A DNA stretch of 64,000 bases from Thalia democratica. Taxonomy: Eukaryota. The notes under the pieces are model-generated. The model made no database searches, was not told the DNA's origin, and was given only the letters and a program-made list of their open reading frames with translations. Below are positions 1-12,360 of the stretch, piece after piece; the first letter of the stretch is position 1, and each line of letters starts with the position of its first letter. The position numbers and the translations under genes were made by a program. Where the stretch lies: positions 46,996,001 through 47,060,000 of the forward strand of contig OZ241831.1 in NCBI GenBank assembly GCA_965202585.1, given 5' to 3'.

Positions 1-626
1 GCTATGTTAAACTTTATTTATTTAATCGAAAGTTTAACACCAAAAAAATAAACAAATAAAGTAATTTCTATTCACAAGTGTACAGTTTAAATATAATTTA
101 AAAAATAAATTGGTACAAGTGTATATTATACTTAGTTAAAAATACTTATATTGCAAGCCAATGTGTATAAATTGTATCTATTTAAAGTATCCTTATCTTA
201 TATGTGTATTTTGTTAAGAAAAAAAAAAGATTAAGGTTTGTTATTAGTGAAGTAATAAACTTTATTAACTTTAAAAAAAGTGTTTCGATATTAACTTTTA
301 TTAACTTGATATAAGTTACTAGTAGCTATTACTGATTTAGTTAGTTAAATAAGTATTAAAAATAGTGAATTAAGCATAAAACAGTGTAGTGAATACATTT
401 TTTTAGTTCAATTAAGTTTTCAGAGAATAAAAGGGATTAAAAGCTTGAAGTTATTTTAAATTAAGTATTTAAAAAACACTATTGTTATAAAAACTTAAGT
501 TTGAACAACCTTATTTTAATTAGAAAGAAATAGTTTTACGATCATATAGTTTTAAGCAACAAACACTCATAAACATTTAATGAATTTTTATGGAATTTTT
601 TGGTTTTACAGCAATATACTATATAC

Positions 627-2830
627 CTCATATTTTCGAAATTTAGTGCGAAGTTTAGTAAACTTGTATAAACTCCAACATTTTAAATGAACTAATACAA
701 ATAAACTTTTCAAAAATCTTATGTAAACTAAAAAAGAACTTTCATAGTTTTAAATTCACAACTATTTATAAACTTACAAATTAATAACAAAAAATTAAAC
801 TTTAAATTTTTTTAATTGAAAACAACTAATAAAGTTACAAAGTTAAATATACTAAAAATAAACTTAGAAAATTTTAAGTAAACTACAACAAACTAACATT
901 GCTAGAATAGCTTGCTCGCTAGTAAGAAACTCATCTTTTTTTCCTATAAATTAAATTTAAAATTTATATGATGCATAGAAAGTAAAATTTATTACCAATT
1001 TATAACCACCAAGAATTAGTATATATATGTAAACTTTAGAAAGCTAAAAATTGAAAAGCATGTTAAGGCTTTAAATATTAGTACTACTACTTGAAATTAT
1101 TGTGCAATAAGGATGTTAAAAAATATTTATCATAGTTTATAATACCTTTTAGCTTAAGACAAATTCAAGCTTTGAAAAATGATGGATTAGGTAGGCTAGT
1201 TATTTAACAATGTTAAATAACTTGGTTTTTTAATAATTAAGTGATTAATTACTATTATAACAGCAATAACTTTTGATGACAGCTTTTACTAATAAAGTAA
1301 AGTAAATATTTTAAAAGTTTTATATTAAACAAACCAAGTTTAATTTGTCTTTTTAATGTTTCTTTTCTTGCAAGTTCATTTTTATTTTCTAGTTTCAAAA
1401 CAGAGGCTGTAAAATATTTTACGTTAAAATATGCAATGCGTTAGTCATAAGATATCTCACTACTATTAGCAGTTCTTAAATGGTGAAAAAAAATGTTAAG
1501 TATATAAAACAATCTTTAATTAACTTGTCTTATTGAATAGATCTAAAAATTGACCATATATATACTTATTTACTTCGAATAGTTTAAATTTTTGGAATAA
1601 AAATATTTTTTAGCCGTTTTTTTACATTTAAGAGAAGTAAAAATTTCTCATAAAGTTAGTATCAATTTTAAAATTTATATTACTAAATAATTATTGATTT
1701 TATAAGTGTACCAAATAAATATGCCGTTAAAGTTTTTAAAACGGTATACACAAAGTTGGAATTTTAAAAAAAGAAACAACATACTAAAGAAAAACAACAA
1801 TCAAACTTCAAAAGTCTCAAAAATATAAATTTAGTCTAAGACAGCTAAAAAATTCTTTCAAATTTTATACTTAAAAATTTACAACTTTTTTTTTGCTGTA
1901 TAATTTAAACTTATCCATAAATATTTCTAAAATTTACCTTTTTTTTAATGCAAAAACTAGGTTTACATATTAAATTCACAAAATTATACTTTTTCATGAG
2001 CTATGCGGAATTTTAAAACAACAGCAAAATACACATACAATTTTCTGAAAGTTTACAAGCACAAAAACTTTTGCCCAACTCAACGACATTAGAGCTAGCA
2101 GCGCAAGGTTTTTGAAAAAAGCAAGAGACAAAAACGAGCCGATTTAAAAAGAGATTTGACATTTATAACAACTAAATTTTATTTTGAAAAATTGTCATCA
2201 AACAATATTTGTTTTACAAACTAAAATCGTTTGTTATTTTAATACTTTCAATTTTAATTGTGAAACAGAAAGGGATTACATAAGTTATGTGACAATTTGA
2301 AATAAGCAGCTTAATGACGAACAACATTATGTAAAATATCAAACTTATACAAAAAATATGTGAAATTCACAAGCATTACACATACAACCAAACAGAGCCT
2401 GAAAGCTCGCAAAAACTTTAAAACTTTTCACAACTACACTAGCACAGAGAGCCATCGCACGAAAACTCAGCAGTGAACTTTGTAAAAAAGAAACAAGAAA
2501 GAGACAAGTCGAAAAAGACACTCGACGTTTAAAACAAACAAATATTAGTTTGAAATGTTTTTCAATAAAAAATATTTGTTTTTCAAATTGAATAGAATAC
2601 ATTTGCTACTTGAATATTTTCAGTATTTTTTGTTTTTAAACCAAGGGTTTATATAGTTTATGTGAAATTTAAAAATAAGCAGCATAAAAACAATTGACGT
2701 TAAGTGAAAAAAGTTAAACTTATACAAAAAAAAAGTCAAATTCGCAAGCATTACACATACAACCAAACAGAGCCTGAGAGCTTGCACAAACTTCAAAACT
2801 TTTCACAGCAACACGAGCACACGCAGCCAT
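627..2830 (-). pseudogene. Possible mitochondrial ribosomal protein mL40-like gene, probably decayed (4 putative exons)
   Basis: Minus-strand segments bounded by AG/GT: 2830-2761 MAACARVAVKSFEVCASSQALFG, 1406-1335 SVLKLENKNELARKETLKRQIKL, 943-898 KKDEFLTSEQAILA, 691-627 HLKCWSLYKFTKLRTKFRKYE. The first three join in phase. KETLKRQIK and LKCWSLYK recall mL40 (KERLKRKIR, LKKWSLYK, from memory). The exon 3/4 phases clash at the best donor, exons 2-4 are very AT-rich and no 3' exons were found. Confidence 0.3.
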
Positions 2831-2900
2831 CACACGAAAATTCAGCAGCATTGAAAACTCAGCAAGAAACAGAAAAGAGCCGAACTGAAAGGCGGTTTGA
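1975..2900. repeat. Degenerate tandem repeat, ~370-bp period, about 2.5 copies
   Basis: ttatacaaaaaa...gcattacacatacaaccaaacagagcctga recurs at 2345 and 2720, and the spacer ending aataagcagc...aaacttatac also recurs. A more decayed copy lies near 1975-2160. Confidence 0.75.
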
Positions 2901-2975
2901 AACTGAAGAGAATAGGAAAGCGCCGATAATTGTGACGTCACACGCACTTTGCTTTTCTGACGAGTGACCTTTCGA
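2840..2975. promoter_or_regulatory. Candidate CpG-rich, possibly bidirectional promoter with a CRE palindrome
   Basis: Locally GC/CpG-rich stretch with TGACGTCA at 2933-2940. It lies between a minus-strand ATG (2830) and a plus-strand ATG followed by a GTGAGT donor (2975-3010). Confidence 0.4.
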
Positions 2976-3004
2976 TGCTCTGCTGCCGCACTGGTGGCCG
3001 ATTT
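2975..3004 (+). CDS. Candidate first coding exon (MLCCRTGGRF), possibly exon 1 of the ROGDI homologue
   Basis: ATG plus 9 codons, then a consensus donor GTGAGT in phase 0, which matches the phase-0 acceptor at 26312. There is no sequence similarity to support the link. Confidence 0.3.
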
Positions 3005-3637
3005 GTGAGTTGTTTGCAGCGTTTTTGTTGAATTTTTTCGAACAAGTGGCTCCCCATGTAGTATGCAATTTCGAGTGTGTGCTTGTGTGAATGGTACAAT
3101 AAACACGTTGCTACGAGTTACAGATCAAAACAATAAACTTTTAAATATTTAGTTTTAAGCTTATGTTGGATTAAGAGCCTTTCATTGAAATCAAAGCTTG
3201 TCGACGCATATGAACATCATCTTCCGTGCACAGCATTTTACAAAACCCTGGAAACTTTGCTGATCTGATGTTATATAATATACATTCAGATATAACTTTT
3301 CTTAATGATTTTTAAATCTAAAAGAAGTATGCATAGATAATTAAATAGCCATAACCTTTTTATTATAAAAGCTACCACACTATAAAGAGAAAGTCTCAAA
3401 ATCTGTTTAGATAAAAAATCTTAATAAAAAAACTTATATATGAAATATTTAATGATTTTGCTTTGTATTTTCAATTTAGATGTTTATCCAATAGATGTAA
3501 AACTTATAAACATAAAGTTCGTATTGTTTTACGGAAAATGTGTGTTAATGTGATACAAATTAAAGAGTAAACTAAAAGTTTTGACTTATGATCGTTACAG
3601 TTGGTCCGATTTGTTTTTTTAAGCTTATATACTTTTG

Positions 3638-3998
3638 CAGCGTTGCCAAAATTTTTTGAGAAATTTCTTCCAGGTTTTCAAAAGTACAAGTTTTTGGGTC
3701 TATCTTAGTTTAAAGTCAAGTTTAAGGAAAAAACGGTTTAAAGTAGTAAAACATTAATAAAAAGATGCTGCAAAGCTACTTAAAATGCGTTTTTTAATCA
3801 TTTTTCTTTTATGATGACGAAAAAAGATCTACATGATAGGTTTTTTGTGTCAAATCGAATTTTACTACTTTACAAATAAAACTTGTTTAAAATTCAAGGT
3901 TTTCCATATTTTTTAGTGTTTTTTGATCAAAAATCCAGGTTTTTATTGTTTTTTACTTTAGCATAAATTGTCAAATTCAAATTTTTTTAGCAGCCCTA
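3638..3998 (-). mobile_element. MITE of the CAGGGTTGCCA-terminus family (degenerate)
   Basis: Begins cagcgttgccaaaattttttgagaaatttcttccagg, the reverse complement of the end of the 47970-48361 copy, and ends gcagcccta. Confidence 0.55.
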
Positions 3999-4399
3999 AT
4001 ACTTTGTCAAGAAAGTTTCAAAGCTAGGTGTTATACTGACAAACTTAATAAGTGATATTTTTTAAATGTTTAATCAAGGATATTTTAAGCAGTCAAAACT
4101 TTTAATACAAGCGATTTGTGAAAAAATATTTTAATAAATAAGCAAATTAAAAATTTGATTTTTGTTTCATATTGTTCAATAAATACAAAAAATATAAAGT
4201 TCAAAGTCGTATTTTGTATACATAATTAAACTAACTAGGTAAGCTACTGAACAATATTTAAAGTTTTGTTTAAAAATTAACCTTTAGCAACTAAAAGAAA
4301 ATTTTTAATGTTACAAAAAAAGTAATAGATAATTAAACAAGAAAATAAGAAAATTCAGTAAGCAGTTAATGCGTGGTTGTTATTTGTTAAAGACATTAA

Positions 4400-4660
4400 A
4401 AATTTTACTTTAATAAGCATTTTACGTTTTGACTATTAGTAATAATTTAGTAATACTGTAAGTATGGTAACGTAAGAAATGCATTGCAATTAAAAAGTGA
4501 TTAAGTATGGCTAATATGAAGTACATAAACACGTCAAGAAAATAATAAATTACAAAATTTCTATTCATTACTAAAATTTAAAGTTAGTTCAATATTTCTA
4601 AAAAAATTCATAAAACTAAATACCGATAAAAAAAATTTCAATGTTCTTTTTTAAAACTTT
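4400..4660 (+). repeat. Dispersed repeat, copy 1 (~260 bp)
   Basis: Aligns by eye with 9780-10040 (tacgttttgactattagtaa...gtaatactgtaagtatggtaa...gcattgcaattaaa...tatggctaat). Confidence 0.75.
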
Positions 4661-7600
4661 AAGAAATAAAACAACTATAGAACTTTTTTAAAGAATAAAT
4701 TTATCGTTTAGCTTCAATATAGTATTTATTATAATATAGAATATTAGTTTGTTTCTAAATAATTCTTATTTATTAAGTAAAAAAAAAACAGTATTTTTTT
4801 ATTTTATAAAAATATCTAAATTCAAAAACTAAAAAATATCTTTCTTAGCTGTTTTCAGTAAACTTTAAAAAAGTTGCTAAAAAGTTTCTTATTCAAATTG
4901 TACTATTTTTCTTAAACTAGATATGATAACGATGATACTTAACTAATTGTTGTCTTATAATCAACCATCCAATTTTCTGTTTTTTATTGTGTGGATTTTC
5001 AATTTTTTCTCAAGACTACGTACAATTTTAAATTTTCACAATTCAAACATTGAAAAAATCAAATCTGAATTGAAAAATCACTTCATATAACCAGTAAGTA
5101 AGTTATTGGATAAAATAGTTGTCATTTGTAACGGACTTCAAACATTTTGAATTAGAAAACACTGTAGTACATATGGTACAGTCATATAGAAATAGGATAG
5201 CGTTTAATTAAAATAAGGCTGGTTTGTTAAAATATTTTACATTATTCAACTAATAATTATATTTTATTTAATTATAGCAATTTAAACATCAGTTTATAAA
5301 TTTAAACTTCCTTTAAAAGTGATGTCATATAAAATGACCTAAAATAACTACTTATATGAGTCAAAATGAGAAAACGTCATAAAAGTAAAAAGCTAATAAT
5401 TTTCTCGTGCATTAACTATTTTACAAATTAAGTAAATTTTTTTCAAATTATTTCTGTTTTTAAACTAAAAAATTGAAATTTGTAAAATTCAAGTAGAAAT
5501 TTATGTAATCTTAAAACTAGCATACCAAAAAAATTATTCTAATTGTAATAAAATAGGCTGTTTTTATAGTTAAATATTAGTAAAGTTACACATTTATATT
5601 GTAAACAGTACTAAAAAATTCTAAACTAATAACTAAATAAAAGATTGTTATGATAATTTATCAAAGCGAATTTTTCACAAAGCAAATTTTAACTCAACTC
5701 TTACTTTTTACCATACATAGTCCTTCTTGATTACACTTAAGTTCATTAGTTTAGAGATAAATGTTACTCAAATTTCAAAACAGGAAATATAATATATGTA
5801 AACTTTGATACCACATTAATAGCAATCTTAAGTCTTTTATTATGTGTTTTCACAAATTAAAATACTTTTTATAGCAAAATAGACATATAACAAGTCTATC
5901 ACTCAAATAAAACTTTGCAAAAAAAGTAAAGTGTTTTTGCATAAAGTATGAACAGAGCTTTTCATAATAAAGATTTAATACTATTTTTTTCTACACAAAT
6001 TACCAACCAATAAAAATTTTGTGTCAATCAAATATAGTAATGCATACTGAGTGTTACACTAAATTATATTTTTAATTGAGTAGTTCACACAACTAAAATA
6101 ACTCGGTAATATAAATTGAACAACTCAAAAAAGTTGTTTTAATATGATTTTGAAAAGATTTTGTAAATAAGCTTGTTGCATAGCCCAAAATTTTAAATAC
6201 TTATTTTTTTTGTTACAGTATTACTAATAAAATAAATTTACGTTTTCCTAACAAGTTTAAGAAATAAAGATATTATTTAGAAATATTCATTGTTTTTAGT
6301 TATTTTTTATAATTTTACTGCTATAACTTACTATAAATGTCATGTTGGTATTTTACAGCCTAAACAATTAAATAATACCACTTTTATTTAGTTGTTGTCA
6401 TTTTGGGTTATTTAAAAGAAAGAAATACACGATTTGTGTTGAAATAAAAGGAAGTGTAAATACTCATCCATTGTTAAATACTTTATAGCTTTAATTGAAC
6501 AGAACAAATTACCTTGCTCTTCATTGTCACCATGCGGTTAAAAACATCAAAAAAATAACACACAGTTGTGAAAATATACATTCAGACTGGGAACAGCTAT
6601 TTCTCACAGAATTTTTCTATGAGAACTTAGTATGTGGGATTTATGATTTTTACGTTATAAGCAAATAAAGTTTTTTCAAATAAAAATTTGAATATAAAGT
6701 TAAACAAATTCGCCTAAAAACGAGTTACATCATATTTCAACAAGTGAAGAACTGTTTCCTGAAACCTTTTGTGCATATTTGAAACAGCTAAATTCTACTG
6801 AGCACTGGTGCACAATTTTAGAAACTCTGATGCACAGAACTGATAAAATTCTAAATAGTATTGACTAATATGATGTAAAAAAAACTTACTATCATATGCA
6901 ACTTTAAATTGATTTTCTCTTGCAGATTTTAGTTCAGATTCCATTCCTAGCTTACTCTGTTTATATATAATCAGTATATTATTTACATAACAAATTTAAC
7001 TCAAAATGTTGAAAAAATTATTATATTGCTTTTGATGAAAACTTTTCTAATGATATAATTTCAAACATTTTTTGTTAATTTAAGAATATGTAAGTAAATA
7101 AAAAATTAATGTTCAAACAAATAATTTAAATATTTTAAAGATCTGTAGCTTTTTATATTACCGAGTTTTGAAGTCAGTCGAAATTTAATTAAAGTGATAT
7201 ATTTCTAAATATTATATAGTGGTTCTAAGCAATTAAAATTCCAAGCTTACTATGTTTATATATAATGAGTACTTACATGATAAAACGAACTTTAATATTT
7301 CTACAACATTCAACAATTTATATCTGGGTTGCAGCTACTTTATATAAAGAATACAAAGAACTAGTTTTAAATACTTCTACTTAAAAGAGCCTTAAAAAAC
7401 AACAACAAAAAAAAAACTTTTTAAAGCTTCACTTAAGTAGCTTTAAATACTTCTATATTACCCAGTTTTCTAGTCAGTAAACATTTTAATGAAATAATTT
7501 ACTAGTTTCTAAACTATGAAAAAATATTGCCGACTTTTGGATACCTTTATTTAGTAACTTAAGGCAATTAAAAAAACTAACTCCATGTAAACGCTTTCGT

Positions 7601-9207
7601 ATATAAAACATTGCTTTTTGGAGATAAAAAGTCGTCTAAAGTTTTGAAATAAGTAGAAGATTAGCATAAAATATTTATAAGTCTATGGTTACCAATATTT
7701 TTATAAATAATTTTTAAAATTAACAAAACTAAACAAAATCTATCTGCATTTTTATAGCTGTATACATCAAAGTTTAATAATAGCTTACCAACTAATTATT
7801 TTAAAATATTTTATATGCTAAAATTGAAAAGAACATAATAAAAACTTGTTACTAAAATTAAAAAAAATGTCCCAAAAAAATAACTTTTTATAAACATTTT
7901 ATACCTTTATTTGGTTTTACAAGTTTTAATTTATAAAGTGAAACTTAAAACAGTTTGTATAAAATCTATATAAAATGATAAGTTTTCAGCAAAAGTTTTG
8001 TATTTCCTTTTAGCTTGTACCATTTCATTATATGTACCATAGGAACCTGAAAAATTTTAATCCTTAAACCTGTACACCTTAATATGTTTTACTTTTTTCT
8101 AAAAGTTGAAATGCAGAATAAAAAGTGTAAATTATTTTTTTTTGCCTCTAAACAACCTTGGCAGCACAGATTGTATCCGAGAATAAAAGCTCGCATGTGC
8201 AACTAAACAGGGGTTTATTCTAAAAAAGGAGTTTACTCAAAAACAAAACTGTAATTTATGAAAAACATAAAATGAGCTATTAAGATATAGATTCTAAAAT
8301 AATTTTGAACATTTAGTTAAGTATCTAAGTTAAGTACGAATATAATAATACTAAATACTTTTGTTATATTATTTTACATATACAAAATGAGAGGAGTATT
8401 TAACTTTTATGACATTAAAAATATTTAAAAGCTTATTTCTAAAAATAAAAGAAACATTTGAAACCAATTTAACAATATTAAAAAAAATCTATAGTTATCA
8501 AAATACTAAATGTAAATACTATAAAATATAAAGCAAAGTATTAGAAAAGAACTTCTTAAACCTAGCTATAATCATAGGCGTGTAAGTAATTTTACAAAAT
8601 AAAAAAAAAACTTTTTAAGGCATATATGTTGATTTAGTGATATTAAAACTTACGTAGTAGCTGCAAACTAATATTTTGATACTTTATATTCAATATTTAA
8701 ACCGTTATCAAATACTTCTGTAAATCAAATCTTTATGTTTCAATTGTACCTCTTAAAAAAGTTTACATTTTCAAGGAACTCTTATAAAGTTTACCTACAT
8801 CAAGTAAATTTTTATAAACGTGTATTACAAAAACTTGAAGTTAGTATTATCAAATATTAAGTGTACGTGTAAATTACTTTCATATGTAACTTTTTAGTTC
8901 AATTTTAAGACATAGTCAAGATAAATAATAAACTTACAAAAGAAAATATTTAACTGCGGACCCCAAATTTAAGGGGATTATTAGTATGTCCATAAAATAT
9001 TGTACATAGGAACTAAAGTAAACCATTTCTAATTAAAAAAAGGTTCTTTAAAATTTTTGTTGGGCCATATAAATGAAAAACGAGTTCTTTAATTGTGATT
9101 TTTTTTATCATTTAAATTAGACTGTATATGTTCACAGATGAAAACTGTGGGGGATTAAATTTTCTATGAGTTATTCTGTTTTTTTCTTTCTTAGTTTGTC
9201 ACATTAA

Positions 9208-9599
9208 GGGCATGGGCGGGGGGGGGGAGTAAACACCCTTTTTTGGTTTTTGATCTAATTTTATTTAGTTTTTACTAAGCTACAAGATGCTTTTTACAGA
9301 TATTAAAAATTCAAAATAGTTTTTGAGATATAGCCGATCAAAGTCGGGGGCAACAATAGGATCCTTATGGGGGGCTCAAACTTAAACGGCAAACGTCTAG
9401 AAATCACTAAAAATCTATCTCCTCCTACGTTTTTTGAGATAACTACCTCAAATTTTCAGGAAATGTTCCTCGCAATATTTAAAAAATTCTGTCGGAACAG
9501 AATATAAAAAAATATAAAAATTAAAACTTTATAACAAAAAAACTGTTTTTTCTTGTTTATTTTTTATATAAAATTTTTATTTTTCAATTCTCTATGCCC
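9208..9599. mobile_element. Kolobok-like MITE (TTAA TSD, GG...CC termini)
   Basis: ttaa|gggcatggg ... ctatgccc|ttaa. Shares the internal aaaatctatctcct motif with 18104-18786 and 20154-20775. Confidence 0.7.
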
Positions 9600-9779
9600 T
9601 TAATAAGGAGCCTAAAAAACTCTCCAAATTTGATATATGATTGCATATATGACATCAAATTTTAAAAGGCAGTAAGAAAGCAACTGGTAGCTTTAAAAAA
9701 GTCTAAATAAGACAACTTTATTAAATTACCTTACCCCCTAATCATGTATAACAACTTTACTTTATCAATGTAAGCTGAA

Positions 9780-10040
9780 AAATTTTACTTCAAGAAGCAT
9801 AATACGTTTTGGCTATTAGTAAGAAAATAGTAATACTGTAAGTATGGTAATGTAAGAAAGGCATTGCAATTAAATTTTGATAAAATATGGCTAATGTTAA
9901 GTAGATAAACAAGTCAAAAAAATCATTAAATTTAAAAAAAAATTCATATATTACTGAAGTTTTAATTTAATCTAAATTACATAAAAATAATAAAAAACTA
10001 AACAACAATAAAAAAGTTCTTAAATGTCATAATATTTTTT
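9780..10040 (+). repeat. Dispersed repeat, copy 2
   Basis: Direct copy of 4400-4660. Confidence 0.75.
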
Positions 10041-12172
10041 AAATACTTTAAGCAAGTTTTGAACAAGTTAAAATAAACATTCTTCCAAAACCTTTTAAAG
10101 CATATACAAGTGCTTTCTATCACTGGGTTTAAAGGAATAGGGGATTTTTTAACAAAATTTTACATAGACCATTATTTGAAATCTTAAAGTATGAATAAAT
10201 TTCAATATATTTACTTTACATAGTTTATATTTAATTTTTGAGATATATTAATTTCTCTAAAAAGTTTTAAGTACATACATATGGGCCACAACTTTCTCAT
10301 TATCAACATTCGAAATCATTTCACAATAACTGTGTTTTTTTTATTTTTAGATACATACCGCAAATTTAACAAACGGTCCTTATAAATTTTTTTAAATGTA
10401 GTGCTATAATCTGGAACATATAAAAAAACTTAAAACTTATAGAAAAAAAGTTAGTAAAAAAAATTACACTTTAGTTATCGAATAATTTAAATTTTTTTAA
10501 CGATTTAAGTAAACGTAAGAAGTTACTGTGAAATTTTAAAAATATTAGATAAAATTTTACGATGTGAATATTTTCAGTTAACTAATCTATTTTTGCATTT
10601 TTAGTTATTGGATTCCATACAGAAACTTTCAATCTGGCTAACTTTTTGATTGCTTTTATATTGAAACTTAATTTGTATCTTTTTAAGCACTTAAAATCTT
10701 CTGGTAGCTTAGATAAAACTTTAAAAAATAAGATGAACTTGTAAAAATAGGTGGACCACCCCTATGTTAGTATTTTAAAAATATTTTTAGTATCCAATCA
10801 CTGGCTATCTTTTGTTAATAAACTATATTTAAAAATCTTTACAAATTACATTAACATTACATTACAAATTAAGGTATTTTTCGAGTACACATACCAAAAA
10901 TAGATTTACATATAATACATTTTGTTCAATATAAATTAATTTAATAACATACGTTTACTTTAAAAATATAATATTCGAAAACTAACTACAAATTTAATAA
11001 AACTACAATTCAATCACACACAATTATTGACATACATACTAACTTTATTTCAAAATGTAAAAAATCAGTTTTATTTTATTTGCTTAAAACATCCAATAAA
11101 AATATCCAGATACCAATTAGTATTCAAGGTTTCATATTAAATGTACAAATATAACTTTCAGAGTTTTAAAAGAACTGTTATAAATATTGATAATAGGCTG
11201 CACTGAGAACCTACAAGCATTTTAAAGGAGACTGAATTATGAAACAACATTTTTCTCAGCAGTTGCAGAAGTATTGAGAAAAAGAACAAAATTATAATAA
11301 CTAAATAAGTCTTGTATTACAATTACGGAGAACATGTTAACAATAAGAACACAAGTTGTAAAACTAAAAAGTTATAACTGTAAATTTTAGGAAATACACA
11401 TATATAACCTTTAAAAATATTTGTTATTTTATGTTATAATATTAGTAATATTGTTTGCTTACGCTTTAAAGTTAGATTTCAATTCTATTTACATTTAAAA
11501 ACTTAAATATTCATTTAATGTGTATAAATGTTAAAATCTATTAATATTAATATTGATAATAATATACATTTATATTAATATTAATATACTAATATAATTT
11601 TACTTAATTTTCTGGCACTTTACGTTTTTTAGTAATAAATATTTTAAATTAAATTAACTTCTTACATTATACTTTAAAAAAGGCAACGATCACAGAAATA
11701 AACAGTTTATTCTGTGTTTATTGCCTTGTATGAATATGTTTAAAAAAATCTTTATAACAAAAATTGTATCTGTTTTTAAAATTAGGAGCCTAAATCAAGT
11801 GAAACTCTACATAGTTAGAAGTAATGTTTAATATTACGGTCATTATATATTTGCTACCATAACAACCAATACAGGTCAAACGAATAACTCTCTTAATTTT
11901 TTCTGGCTAAGTAACGACCATACTTTAAATGTTTTGTACATACTTATAATCTTAAGAAAAAAAATATTCATTATAATAATATAATTTATACTTTTGTATA
12001 CATATTGTTATACTAAACGATCTAGCATATAATATCAATGTAAAATATTTGCTAACATATTTGTTGCTAAGGTCTTTTACTTGCGTTTTGACATGTGAAA
12101 ATTTCTTTCCCCACTCAGCAGTCCATTCTATCATGGAATGAGTTGCCTGGATAACAATTTCAATTTGAAATA

Positions 12173-12360
12173 AATAAGTAGACTAATATATGAGTAGTAA
12201 AAGTACTAAACTGAGGTGCCTAGACTAAAAAATAATATAAAATGTTAATGTTGTTAACAAAACTGAACAACAATTGCAAAATTTATTAAAAATAAATAAA
12301 TAAGTAGACTCATATACAATAGTAAAAGTACTGAATTTAGTTGCCTATACTAAAAAAAAA
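12173..12360. repeat. Tandem duplication, ~125-bp period
   Basis: taaataagtagact...tagtaaaagtact...tgccta-actaaaaaa occurs twice. Confidence 0.7.

Noticed and set aside
3641-3673. Apparent 33-nt exon (cag|RCQNFLRNFFQ|gt)
   Set aside because: It is the terminal part of a CAGGGTTGCCA-family MITE.
12095-12150. LINE-like C-terminal motif SFPTQQSILSWNELP
   Set aside because: Too short to support a call and no adjoining RT sequence was recognised.
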